The position numbers were made by a program, and so were the translations under genes. A stretch of 64,000 nt of DNA. Origin: Verrucomicrobiales bacterium. Its GTDB lineage: Bacteria > Verrucomicrobiota > Verrucomicrobiia > Verrucomicrobiales > V1-33. Where the stretch lies: positions 1-64,000 of the forward strand of contig JANOAV010000077.1 of the NCBI GenBank assembly GCA_031411295.1. The letters are read 5' to 3'. Under the pieces are notes generated by a model, which saw only the letters and a program-made list of their open reading frames with translations, was not told where the DNA came from and did no database searches. Shown here piece by piece: positions 28,829-38,439 of the stretch. Each line of letters opens with the position of its first letter. Within the stretch, counting starts at the first letter, position 1.

Positions 28829-29785
28829 ATGGGAATGACGGAACAAGCTGCGATTTACCACTTTCTGCCCCTGACACGCTATCGTGGGGCGGGCCCGTTG
28901 TTGGCGGACCTGTTGGGCCGGGGGATCACGCCAGTATTGGATTTGGAGGACAGTGTGCAATGTGTCTTCGACCCCGAACGGAACCTGCAGCTTAAGGAGC
29001 AAGCGCGTCATGGCCTCCGCCAGTTGGCTCCTATTCTGGCTGCGCAGGGAGTGGCCCCTGGGCAGATCATGTTGCGGATCAATCATGCCGAGACTCCGCA
29101 CTATGCGGCTGACCTGGCGGTCGTGATTGATTGCTTTGCGGAAGGATTTATTCCGGAAATTCTCCTCCCAAAGGTCGCGCAACCGGAAGACCTCCTGGAT
29201 TGCCAGAACCGCCTCCAGTCCGCCACCAGCCACGTGGTGCGCATTAGCCCACTAATCGAAAGCGTTCCAGGGATCGCACGACTAAACGAGATTCTGGCGG
29301 CCCCGGCTCCCGGCAGCGGAGCGGTTTTCGGTTACTTTGACTATGCGGTGGACGCGGGCCATTGGCCGATCAACAGCCAGTTCTCCCCGGAGTTCTGGAA
29401 ACTAGTCTTACATATTAGAGAGGTCATTGAGCAGAGCGGCGTGCGTTACATTCATCCGCCCTATCCACACCTCACGGATGAGGTCGGACTGCTAAGAATC
29501 AAGTCGATGCTGCAGGCGACAGGTTCGGCGGCCTTTGGCATCTGCTCGCTGAGCACTGCTCAGAGCGCCGTGCTGGAGCGGTCGGTGCCTGCTGCGCTCA
29601 TGAGATACGAGTCCTCAGCATTCCAGGAAACTGCGGCCAGCTTCCGCGCCCGTGCCGAGTGGGTGGTGGAGTTGTTCGAATTTGGTCGGGCCCATAAACG
29701 TAGTTTCGCCATCTCCGAAGGGTATTTTATTTCCCCGCATGAATATTGGCTGGCCAAACGCTTTCTCGAAAGGACTCCCGCGTGA
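28829..29785 (+). CDS. HpcH/HpaI aldolase / citrate lyase beta-like protein
   Basis: VLDLEDSV, LRIN, ILLPKV, PLIES..G, FG.FDY. Start uncertain. Confidence 0.75.
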   Translation: MGMTEQAAIYHFLPLTRYRGAGPLLADLLGRGITPVLDLEDSVQCVFDPERNLQLKEQARHGLRQLAPILAAQGVAPGQIMLRINHAETPHYAADLAVVIDCFAEGFIPEILLPKVAQPEDLLDCQNRLQSATSHVVRISPLIESVPGIARLNEILAAPAPGSGAVFGYFDYAVDAGHWPINSQFSPEFWKLVLHIREVIEQSGVRYIHPPYPHLTDEVGLLRIKSMLQATGSAAFGICSLSTAQSAVLERSVPAALMRYESSAFQETAASFRARAEWVVELFEFGRAHKRSFAISEGYFISPHEYWLAKRFLERTPA

Positions 29786-30546
29786 AACCCCAGTGCCTTG
29801 CCATCATGGGCGGCTGTCTCAACACTGGATTTAATCTGGTGCCGCTCAATTCACTCTACCACCGCATCCTGGTGAAAGCCTTGCAGGCAACGCTGGAGGC
29901 GCCTGTGCAGGTGCGACTGGGGCGCATGGAGAGCAGTCAGATGGCAGTCATGCAGGAACAGGCGCTGGCCCTGCTGGACGAGAGTCAGGCGGATCTCCTG
30001 ATCGTGCAACTGCGGCCGGAAATGCTCTGGGGATTGTTTAGTCAGGTTTGGCTAGCACGCAGCGGCTCCGGCTTGGCCCGGCTCCGCCGTAATCCTCACG
30101 CCCAATACGGGCCGCGGTGGCCAGTGGGATTGGAGGAAGGCCTGACTCCGATGATGAATCGTTTCCATGTCCCCAATCTCTGGTTAGGGAGAATCTGCGG
30201 CCTGGAGCATACTGGCCTGGCTTTACTCACCGGATTGATCACCGCTGTGCGAGACGCGGCCCGAGCCCGGGGTGCGGAATTAGTGCTCTTCAGCCCGATC
30301 TTTGGAGAAATCTATCACCCCACTTTCCGCCGCTATGTGGCGAAGCGCATCCTGCCCGTGCTGGGTCAATTGGAGGTGGCCATCATTGATCTGCTGGGCT
30401 CGCCCGCGCTGGGTGAACCCTCCTGTTGGGTGGGCGACGGTTATCACCTGAATGCCAACGGTCATCAGGAGGTGGCACGCCTCACGCAGGCCACGGTGGA
30501 ACCGATTCTACGGGCCAGGTTGGCCCAAACGGAAACGGATGGTTAG
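29782..30546 (+). CDS. SGNH/GDSL-like protein (divergent)
   Basis: C-terminal GDGYHLNANGHQEVA block V. The GDS block reads GGC. GTGA overlap with the upstream stop. Confidence 0.6.
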   Translation: MKPQCLAIMGGCLNTGFNLVPLNSLYHRILVKALQATLEAPVQVRLGRMESSQMAVMQEQALALLDESQADLLIVQLRPEMLWGLFSQVWLARSGSGLARLRRNPHAQYGPRWPVGLEEGLTPMMNRFHVPNLWLGRICGLEHTGLALLTGLITAVRDAARARGAELVLFSPIFGEIYHPTFRRYVAKRILPVLGQLEVAIIDLLGSPALGEPSCWVGDGYHLNANGHQEVARLTQATVEPILRARLAQTETDG

Positions 30547-30618
30547 CGGTTAGCCCCAAGCGGCTCAAGCTCCGACAGAACCTTGACTATGTGACAGTGG
30601 AAGCAGCAACTCTCCGAC

Positions 30619-32415
30619 TTACCCAACCGGAGCTTCGGCCTTCTTTTCCTTGTGGGTGCTCTGGATATAAAGCTCGCGGAGTTGTTTGAAGTCCACGGCC
30701 ACGGGGCTTTCGGCCATGAGGTCAGCTCCTTTGTTGTTCTTAGGGAAGGCGATGACTTCACGGATGCTGTCTTCACCACTAACCAACATGGCGACGCGGT
30801 CCAATCCCAGCGCCAGGCCACCGTGCGGGGGCGCGCCGAATTTGAAGGCGTCGAGGAGGTGACCGAATTTCTCTTCTTTTTTCTCTTCGGTCACGCCTAA
30901 CACCGTGAACATTTTCGACTGAAGTTCGCGTTCGTGGATCCGAATGCTGCCGCCACCGAGTTCGTAGCCGTTGAGGACCACGTCGTAAGCTTCGGCCCGC
31001 ACTTTGCCGTAGTCACCTGCGTCCAGCAGCGCCACGTCCTCCGCCTTGGGGCGGGTGAACGGGTGGTGCACTGCGACCCAGTGGCCGTCTTCTTCGCTAA
31101 AGGCTAACAGTGGGAAATCGACGACCCACAGGAAATTGAATGCGGTGCTGTGCTTGGTTAGCTCCTGCATGGAAGCCGCTTCCAGGCGCACGCGACCCAG
31201 GATGGTGCTGACCAATTCCCAAGCACCTGCCACGAAGAAGACCAGATCCCCTTCTTCAATGTTCATCGTCTTGGTGAGGTCCGCCTTTTCTGCATCCGTG
31301 AAGAATTTCCAGAGCGGGGACTTAATTTCCCCACCTTCCGCCTTGAGGAAGGCGAGCGTCTTCACAGGCAATCCGGCTTGGATGGCAATTTCGTTTAAGC
31401 GGTTCATCTGGCCGGTGGTGATGCCGGCAAAGCCTTTGCAGTTAATGGCTCGCACGATGCCGCCGCCATCCAGCGTGCTGCGGAAAATCTTGAATTCGGT
31501 CTTGGCGAACACCGCTCCGATATCCGTGATCTTCATGTCGAAACGCGTGTCCGGTTTGTCGGAACCGTAGTCGTCCATCGCTTGCTGGTAGGTCATTTGC
31601 GGGAACGGACGGGGCACGTCCTGACCCGTGCCGACCTTGAACATATCCACCAGCAATCCTTCGACTAACGTCACTATGTCCTTCTGCTCGATGAAACTGG
31701 CTTCGATATCGATCTGGGTGAATTCCGGTTGGCGGTCCGCGCGCAAATCTTCGTCGCGGAAGCAGCGGGCGATTTGGAAATATTTCTCCAGCCCGGCCAC
31801 CATCAGGAGTTGTTTATACTGCTGCGGTGCCTGCGGCAGTGCGTAAAATTTACCGGGATTCAATCGGCTGGGCACCAGGAAGTCACGCGCACCTTCGGGC
31901 GTGGGATTGGAAAGAATCGGTGTTTCCACTTCGATGAATCCAGCCTGATCCAAGTAGTTGCGGGCCGCGGTGGTAATTTTATGGCGCGTGCGGATGTTGC
32001 GGTTCATGCGTTCCCGACGCAGGTCAAGGAAACGATATTTCATCCGCAGGTCTTCGTTAGAGAGTTCCCGGTCCAACTGGAACGGTAGCACTTCGGCCTT
32101 GTTCAGCATCGTCAGCGCGTTGGCCACAATTTCAATTTCTCCGGTGCCAAGCTTGGCGTTCTCGGTGCCAGCGAGACGAGCTGCCACTTGGCCAGTAATT
32201 TGGATGACGTCTTCATCGCGCAGTTTCTCCGCCAGCGTTAGCGAGTCGGCATTTTCTTCGGAACGGAAGACGACTTGGGTCAGACCTTCACGATCCCGCA
32301 GGTCCAGGAAAATCACGCCGCCCTGATCCCGCACGGTATTGACCCAACCGCACAAGGTGATAGTCTGACCAATGTGGGCGGGGCGGAGTTCGTTGCAATG
32401 ATGGGTGCGATACAT
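30619..32415 (-). CDS. aspS: Aspartate--tRNA ligase
   Basis: YRTHHC, FLDLRDREG, TPEGARDF, ALPQAPQ, CFRDEDLRADRQPEFTQID, HHPFT, GAPPHGG, REVIAFPK. Confidence 0.98.
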   Translation of the reverse strand: MYRTHHCNELRPAHIGQTITLCGWVNTVRDQGGVIFLDLRDREGLTQVVFRSEENADSLTLAEKLRDEDVIQITGQVAARLAGTENAKLGTGEIEIVANALTMLNKAEVLPFQLDRELSNEDLRMKYRFLDLRRERMNRNIRTRHKITTAARNYLDQAGFIEVETPILSNPTPEGARDFLVPSRLNPGKFYALPQAPQQYKQLLMVAGLEKYFQIARCFRDEDLRADRQPEFTQIDIEASFIEQKDIVTLVEGLLVDMFKVGTGQDVPRPFPQMTYQQAMDDYGSDKPDTRFDMKITDIGAVFAKTEFKIFRSTLDGGGIVRAINCKGFAGITTGQMNRLNEIAIQAGLPVKTLAFLKAEGGEIKSPLWKFFTDAEKADLTKTMNIEEGDLVFFVAGAWELVSTILGRVRLEAASMQELTKHSTAFNFLWVVDFPLLAFSEEDGHWVAVHHPFTRPKAEDVALLDAGDYGKVRAEAYDVVLNGYELGGGSIRIHERELQSKMFTVLGVTEEKKEEKFGHLLDAFKFGAPPHGGLALGLDRVAMLVSGEDSIREVIAFPKNNKGADLMAESPVAVDFKQLRELYIQSTHKEKKAEAPVG

Positions 32416-32494
32416 GATGGATGGTGGTGATTGAAAAATGGGAATTCGCAGCAAAGGAGGAAATGGGTCGCTGCGGGGAAACGCGGTTGGGCTG

Positions 32495-32516
32495 ACGGGC
32501 AAGATGCCCGTGCCAC
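32495..32516 (-). repeat. Single REP-like unit
   Basis: Minus strand GTGGC-ACGGGCA-TCT-TGCCCGT: GTGG tetranucleotide plus palindrome, intergenic between murI and aspS. Confidence 0.65.
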
Positions 32517-32577
32517 GGGGGGCGGGAATTTGCCCGAGGCGGGCGGGATTGCAACTAGGGAAATCAGGCCGCCGCCA

Positions 32578-33384
32578 TCATGATAAATGAGGACTATGGA
32601 GGATCGCCCCGTGGCCTGGCCAAAGCACGTCCCAGGCCTTGGTGGTGGCGGCTTCCGGAGCGGAAGTATAGAAAATTTCACGCCCAGGCACCTCCGTCGT
32701 CTGGAGCAGCCCGGCAGAGTGGAGCCGACTGGCCACCTGCCGTGCGACGGCCGCTCCGGTATCAACTAACGTGACCCCGGGGCCAGCAATCTCCTGGATC
32801 AGCGGTTTGAGGAACGGATAGTGGGTGCAGCCCAGCACAATCGTGTCCGCCCCGGCCTCCAGCAAAGGGTGGACAAAGTGGGCGACGAGTTTTCGGGTCT
32901 CCGGGGAATCCAAGTCCCCAGCTTCCACGCATTCGACCAAGCCCGGGGCCGGTTGCGTGACTACGCGCACGCCGCTGGCGAACTTGTCCAGCAATCCGGC
33001 AAACTGAGCGCTCTGGAGCGTCCCCACCGTGGCCAACACGCCGACGATGCCACATTTGGTGGCAGCTACGGCAGGTTTGACGGCCGGTTCCATGCCAATG
33101 ATGGGGACCGTGGGATAATCCTGGCGCAGACACCGGGAGGCTCCGACGGTGGCGGTGTTGCAGGCGATCACGACCGCCTTGCACCCCTGCTGGAGCAGAA
33201 ATTTCGCCAAGACCCGACTCCGCTCCACGATGAACTCGGGAGATTTGTTGCCGTAGGGGACGTGATGGCTGTCGGCCACGTAGAGTAAATTTTCCCACGG
33301 CAACTGCTCGCGGATTTCCCGGAGCACGGAAAGTCCACCCACTCCGGAATCGAAAATGCCTATAGGAGCCGCAATTTTTAGCAT
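32578..33384 (-). CDS. murI: Glutamate racemase
   Basis: IGIFDSGVGGLSV, PYG.K, IACNTAT, VLGCTHYP. Start at ATG 33384. Confidence 0.97.
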   Translation of the reverse strand: MLKIAAPIGIFDSGVGGLSVLREIREQLPWENLLYVADSHHVPYGNKSPEFIVERSRVLAKFLLQQGCKAVVIACNTATVGASRCLRQDYPTVPIIGMEPAVKPAVAATKCGIVGVLATVGTLQSAQFAGLLDKFASGVRVVTQPAPGLVECVEAGDLDSPETRKLVAHFVHPLLEAGADTIVLGCTHYPFLKPLIQEIAGPGVTLVDTGAAVARQVASRLHSAGLLQTTEVPGREIFYTSAPEAATTKAWDVLWPGHGAILHSPHLS

Positions 33385-33443
33385 AGGCCGCAGTCCATAG
33401 CACAAAAAAAATGAAAAACAGCTCAAAATATGGCAAACGAGTA

Positions 33444-33473
33444 TTGACATGGCGTAGGCAAATCCCTTAGTCT
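33444..33473 (+). promoter_or_regulatory. sigma70-like promoter
   Basis: TTGACA-18-TAGTCT upstream of ATG 33542. Confidence 0.5.
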
Positions 33474-33541
33474 CCGGTATGTGCAATGTAAATCTTGCAC
33501 CCTCCCCTGCCCACTGTATCTCATCCCACCCCATCCCTCGT

Positions 33542-36500
33542 ATGAAAACGCCTCTTGGTTCACTGGCTCGCTTAGGCTTGTGTGCGCTCAGCATGCTCGT
33601 TTCGGTCTTCACTAGTTCTGCGGCTACCCTAACGCCGCTCATCGAAAGTGGTGACACTTGGAAATATTTGGACAACGGCACCAATCAAGGCACCGCATGG
33701 AAGGCCGTCGCTTTCAATGATGCGGCTTGGAGTTCGGGGCAGAGCAGTTTTGGCTACAAGGTAGATACGGCGGTCACGCCAAATACCTGGACGTCCAATG
33801 GGGCTACCACCAAGCTGAATTTTAGCGCTGGGAACAACCAGCCGAGCGCGAAATACATCACGACTTATTTCCGGAAATCGTTCACCCTAAGCAGCCCCGC
33901 GTTCACTTCGCTGATTCTGGGCATGAGATGGGATGACGGCTACGTGATTTATGTTAATGGCACCGAGATTAAACGGGAAAACCTACCGACCAAAGTGTCT
34001 TTGGATCCGGTGTTATATACCACGCCAGCATCATCTGCCATCAACGTGCTTGCAGGATTCACCTACTTCAATGTCGATCTCCTGACCGTCAACCCTTTCG
34101 TTACCGGAGCCAACGTGGTGTCGGTGGAACTGCACCAGCAAGCCCCTACCAGTTCAGATGTATTTTTCGACATGATTATGACCGGCTCCACCTCGCCACC
34201 ATGCTTCGGGGAGGCCACGATTGGGGCCTATCAGGATTTCCAGGGGGATTTTGACAGTCCGACCGCCGATCACAAGACCTTCCTCCGCGGGATCGGTCAG
34301 ACGCAGATGCAGTATGATTTTGAATACCACGATATCAGTGCGACCCAGACCGGCTATAACACGCCCCAGCTTTACGGCTCTTTTTACGGCAGCGATAACC
34401 GTCAACTCCAGTTCAAACGGAACACCTCGTTTACTTTCTTCACGGAGCGGTTGGATGCGCAGAATTTTGAGAACATTCAAGCCAGTTTGCAGCTTCGCAC
34501 GGAGAATGATAAAACCGCGTCCTTGGTTCTGCCCTGGGGGTCGGATGATTACATCAAGGGTTCCATTCAGGTGAGCAGTGATGGGGTTGGCTTCACGGAC
34601 ATTCCCTGGTTCAAATATCAGGCGAGCCCCACTTCTACCGTCCTAAGGACTTTGGTGGAAGACACTGCGGCCGATTTCTGGCAGGTTCCGGCCATTGCCG
34701 CCGTGCCTCCGGCGGCATCGGTGGTGACCAATGCCACCAATGCCACTCCCATTGTGATTACGACGGCAGCAGCGAATACTTTTGTCACTGGTGATTACGT
34801 GACCATTGCCGGGGTGCTGGGGAATACGGCTGCCAACGGAACGTTTCCAGTCACCGTGGTGAACAGCACCAGCTTCAGTCTGACGGGAAGTGTTGGCAAT
34901 GGGGTCTCAACCTTTACCGTAACCGGGGCCACCAATGCCAACCCCATCGTCATCACCACCAGCGTCGCCCACCCGTTTGTGACTGGAAACAGTGTCATCG
35001 TTCGTAATGTTGCTGGAAATACCGCCGCCAACGGAACGTTTACGATCACCAAGCTCACGGCCACGACCTTTAGCCTGACTGGGGCCGTGGGAAATGGAAC
35101 CTTTACCGGAACTGCGGGAACAGTCGGAGGCAACGCCTCCGCCACTCGTGCGGTGGGTGTTAACAATCGCTACAATCCAAGCGATTGGTTTGCCTTCAAA
35201 CCCACCCTTTGGCCGTCCTTCAACACCGCACCCGTGCAGGGCACCCAGTCAGCTAATTTTTGGCGGGCCGGAAATCTTACGGCCACGACTGTCAAGGGTG
35301 GAATTGGCTACGACAATAATGTCGCTGGAGTGGACTACACCCCATTCCTGGACGCCGGCAGCAGCCCGACGGTCAAAACGGACATGTTCAACAAAGAATC
35401 CCGGGTGAATATTCGGATTCCCTTCACGGTGCCGAACGATGTCACCATCAACGCCATCACCAAGGTTGAATTGTGGATGCGTTTTGACGATGCCTTTGGA
35501 GCTTGGCTGGCAAGCGACCTCAACGCAACGTCGCGTGCTGGAGTTAAACTGGCGGGCGAAGGTGAACCCGCGTCTGACACCGCAGTTCCTGCGGGAAGGG
35601 ACGACGCCACCTCCATCATTTACAAAGCCTATGACATCACCACGTTATTCAAAGCCAACGCCATGTCCGGCCTGAACAATGTGCTTTGTATCCGGGGTTA
35701 CAACGCGGGGATCAGCAGTTCGGACTTGCTCATGCAGTCTAAAATCATCATCTCTGCCCCTAATCCCGCCCCGGATCCCAATAGCCCGGCCGTTTTGGAA
35801 CTCACCAATCCCCCGCCGAACACCCAGATGACGACGTTGACGACGCCACTTGGACTGATCCCCAATGGCATCCGCACCATGAGAATAAAGCTCGAGGGTA
35901 ACATCGTGGGAGACCCCAGCGAAAACGATTACCAATACTGCTATTTCGATAACCTCATCACCAGAGGAGATGCGAAATCCGCCAAAGATCTCGGCAGCAC
36001 CTTGGCAGTGCAGTTACCGCCTGCGCTCTACACGTTCGAGCAACGCCAACCGCTGGCGGATCCAGACGGAGACGGAATTCAGAACCTGCTCGAATATGCC
36101 TTCGGTGGACACGCCGCCCAAGCCAATCGGTTTACGGTCCTGCCAACGTTGGAAACCGTCAGCCTCCTGCCGCAGATTACGAGCACTGCGGGGGGCTACA
36201 TCACCATGCAGTTCCGGATTCTGGCCGGACAGGTCGAGCCTTCGGACATGAATAACTTCGGCTACCTCACCGTTAACGACCTGCGGTATGTTCCTGAGGG
36301 GACAGCCAATCCACAAGGTGTCAACGGGGAATCCGACTGGAGAAACAGCCAATTCACCCTTGTCGGAAACATCGAGAACAACGAAGACGGCACGCAGCTA
36401 GTGACCATTCGCAGTAAAGTGCAATACATTGCCACCGCCAACAGCGGCACCACCACTCCCCGGTTTTCCTTCCGCGTAAGGGTCGATTCGTTGCGGGACC

Positions 36501-36544
36501 CTTGGTTGAACCCACCAGGATCTGCGTGTCCTTTCCCCGAATAA
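33542..36544 (+). CDS. Large secreted multidomain protein (two galactose-binding-like jelly rolls, two FCCH-like beta repeats, DPDGDG C-terminal domain)
   Basis: Signal peptide. TTYFRKSF..WDDGYVIYVNG and NIRIPF..FDDAFGAWL. 65-aa tandem repeat. DPDGDGIQNLLEYAFG. Confidence 0.75.
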   Translation: MKTPLGSLARLGLCALSMLVSVFTSSAATLTPLIESGDTWKYLDNGTNQGTAWKAVAFNDAAWSSGQSSFGYKVDTAVTPNTWTSNGATTKLNFSAGNNQPSAKYITTYFRKSFTLSSPAFTSLILGMRWDDGYVIYVNGTEIKRENLPTKVSLDPVLYTTPASSAINVLAGFTYFNVDLLTVNPFVTGANVVSVELHQQAPTSSDVFFDMIMTGSTSPPCFGEATIGAYQDFQGDFDSPTADHKTFLRGIGQTQMQYDFEYHDISATQTGYNTPQLYGSFYGSDNRQLQFKRNTSFTFFTERLDAQNFENIQASLQLRTENDKTASLVLPWGSDDYIKGSIQVSSDGVGFTDIPWFKYQASPTSTVLRTLVEDTAADFWQVPAIAAVPPAASVVTNATNATPIVITTAAANTFVTGDYVTIAGVLGNTAANGTFPVTVVNSTSFSLTGSVGNGVSTFTVTGATNANPIVITTSVAHPFVTGNSVIVRNVAGNTAANGTFTITKLTATTFSLTGAVGNGTFTGTAGTVGGNASATRAVGVNNRYNPSDWFAFKPTLWPSFNTAPVQGTQSANFWRAGNLTATTVKGGIGYDNNVAGVDYTPFLDAGSSPTVKTDMFNKESRVNIRIPFTVPNDVTINAITKVELWMRFDDAFGAWLASDLNATSRAGVKLAGEGEPASDTAVPAGRDDATSIIYKAYDITTLFKANAMSGLNNVLCIRGYNAGISSSDLLMQSKIIISAPNPAPDPNSPAVLELTNPPPNTQMTTLTTPLGLIPNGIRTMRIKLEGNIVGDPSENDYQYCYFDNLITRGDAKSAKDLGSTLAVQLPPALYTFEQRQPLADPDGDGIQNLLEYAFGGHAAQANRFTVLPTLETVSLLPQITSTAGGYITMQFRILAGQVEPSDMNNFGYLTVNDLRYVPEGTANPQGVNGESDWRNSQFTLVGNIENNEDGTQLVTIRSKVQYIATANSGTTTPRFSFRVRVDSLRDPWLNPPGSACPFPE
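34721..35110 (+). repeat. Two 195-bp (65-aa) intragenic tandem repeats
   Basis: VVTNATNATPIVITT...GNTAANGTF...FSLTGSVGNG and TVTGATNANPIVITT...GNTAANGTF...FSLTGAVGNG. Confidence 0.85.
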
Positions 36545-36639
36545 AGCCTCCTGCTATAATTTCCTACCTTTTTCCTTGCGTAACTGCACATGTAAATGCA
36601 TTGTAACTACAGGGCATTAATTCGCAACCTACCCTTTCC

Positions 36640-37191
36640 ATGAAAACAATCTCATCTTCCTCCACCCGCGGTTTCAGCTTGATCGAAGTAATCGTCGCCA
36701 TGGGAATCGTGGCCACCGTTATGGTGGGGCTTATCGGTATTCTGCCCAGTGGAGTTGCCAGTCTTCACGAAGCTTCAACCGTGGCCATCCAGTCACGCAT
36801 CGTGCAGGAAATGATCAGTGATGCCCAGCAATCCGAATGGGACACGAAGACCGTCGTTGCCAATGGAGTCCCGAAACCCAAGCTTTCCGAACTTTTGGGA
36901 ATCACGAATATGCGCCGCTACGATGCCCAGGGTAATCTCATTACCGGGGCTGGGGTGCCTGGACAAGTGTCCGCCTACTCCAGTCTCATGGAGATGGATA
37001 ACGCGAATTCCTCCCACCCGGTGATCCTAACCTACACCAGAGGGTATTCTCACCTCCGTAAGATCTATATCTATGTGGAATACACCCCGGGTGGCCGCAC
37101 CGCCTCCCCCAAGGATCCGAACCGGGCTAAGTTCGTGAAGAAATACACCCTCCTCCTCGCCAACATGGGAACCAGCGAATCCCTGCAGTAA
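36640..37191 (+). CDS. Verru_Chthon cassette protein B (prepilin-like)
   Basis: RGFSLIEVIVAMGI...LIGILPSG N-methylation motif, YDAQG. Confidence 0.85.
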   Translation: MKTISSSSTRGFSLIEVIVAMGIVATVMVGLIGILPSGVASLHEASTVAIQSRIVQEMISDAQQSEWDTKTVVANGVPKPKLSELLGITNMRRYDAQGNLITGAGVPGQVSAYSSLMEMDNANSSHPVILTYTRGYSHLRKIYIYVEYTPGGRTASPKDPNRAKFVKKYTLLLANMGTSESLQ

Positions 37192-37215
37192 CCTCATTTC
37201 AAGCCCCGCATTCTC

Positions 37216-38418
37216 ATGAAAGCCTCCTCTTTTAACCGCCGAAAATTCACTGGCTTCAGCCTCATCGAGCTGCTCGTCTCAGTGGCCGTGCTTAGCCTCG
37301 TCATGGTTCTGGTGTTCCAAATGTTGGAGAAGACCCAGATCACTTTTAAGAAAGCCCGGGACTCCGTTTCCGAATACAAAGACGCCCGGAACGGGTTCGA
37401 CGCCATCACCCGCCGCCTCAGCCAAGCCACGCTCAACACTTTTTGGCAAGTCACCAACAACACCTCCGGGGTGGCCACCAAATTTGAACGCGAATCGGAC
37501 CTGCACTTCGTTTCCGGACCCACCGCCGCAGTCATGGGCCCCCCGCCAGCCAATGCTGGGGAGCGGGTGACGCAGTGTATGTTCTTCCAAGCCCCCACCG
37601 GCTACACCGAGACCATTTCCACCAACTCCAATACCGCCAACACCCTGAAGTATGGTAACTTCTCCAACCTGCTCAACGCTTGGGGTTATTTTGTCGAATT
37701 TGGAGACGACCGGGTGGATCGCCCGGCCTACTTGAACGCGCTGGACAATGCCCCCAGGCCCCGCGTGCGCTATCGCCTGATGGAATACTCCCAAGTCACC
37801 GAAGGCTTGCAGATTTATGCCGACCAACTGCGCTCCAAGAAGACTGGCCAATCCCCGGCGGTGCTCAATCGTTGGTTCTTGAACGAGTCGAAGTATGGGG
37901 TCAACAGCCCGAATAATTATCAGGTGGTCAACTCCGACCAGGAGGCCACCGGACTGATCCGCTCGACCCGCATGATTGCGGAAAACATCATCGCCCTGTT
38001 GGTGCTTCCGGCAGATTCGCTGGCGGAGGAATATCGGGATAAATTGGCCCCCAATTACTACTATGACACCCGGGCTTGGCAGAGTTCCAACAGCGGCATG
38101 GCCGGTGGGGCCGTGAACCTCCAAAAGACCCGCCATGTGCTGCCTCCAATTGTCGATGTCACCATGGTAGCCGTGGATGAAGCAGATTTCCGCCGCGTAG
38201 CGCAGATCAACGGCATTGAATCCATCAGTGGTTTTGGAGCCGTGGACTTCACCAAAGGCCTTTTCGCCAATGCCAGCAACTATGATCGAGATCTTAACAC
38301 CCTGCGCAAGAATCTTTCCGAGCGCACCCCGGAAATCAAATTCCGTATCTTCCGTGCCAGCGTCCGTCTCCGGGAAGCCAAGTGGGGCGGCTTTGTTGAT
38401 GCCAACGCTTCCAACTAA
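37216..38418 (+). CDS. Verru_Chthon cassette protein C (prepilin-like)
   Basis: GFSLIELLVS, RLSQATLNT, R.SDLHFVSG, FFQAP.G, LLNAWGYFVEFG, YDTR, LPPIV.VTMVAVDE. Confidence 0.9.
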   Translation: MKASSFNRRKFTGFSLIELLVSVAVLSLVMVLVFQMLEKTQITFKKARDSVSEYKDARNGFDAITRRLSQATLNTFWQVTNNTSGVATKFERESDLHFVSGPTAAVMGPPPANAGERVTQCMFFQAPTGYTETISTNSNTANTLKYGNFSNLLNAWGYFVEFGDDRVDRPAYLNALDNAPRPRVRYRLMEYSQVTEGLQIYADQLRSKKTGQSPAVLNRWFLNESKYGVNSPNNYQVVNSDQEATGLIRSTRMIAENIIALLVLPADSLAEEYRDKLAPNYYYDTRAWQSSNSGMAGGAVNLQKTRHVLPPIVDVTMVAVDEADFRRVAQINGIESISGFGAVDFTKGLFANASNYDRDLNTLRKNLSERTPEIKFRIFRASVRLREAKWGGFVDANASN

Positions 38419-38439
38419 ACGAGTTCCAATTACCTATCT

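Noticed and set aside
32416..33684. Long N-terminal extensions of aspS and murI in the ORF track
   Set aside because: They run through a REP-like unit and the divergent promoter region. Homology begins at 32415 and 33384.
34721..35110. Bacterial ubiquitin-like conjugation system suggested by E1 FCCH-like repeats
   Set aside because: No adenylation domain, E2, Ubl or JAB gene. The host protein is secreted, so the domain is likely structural.
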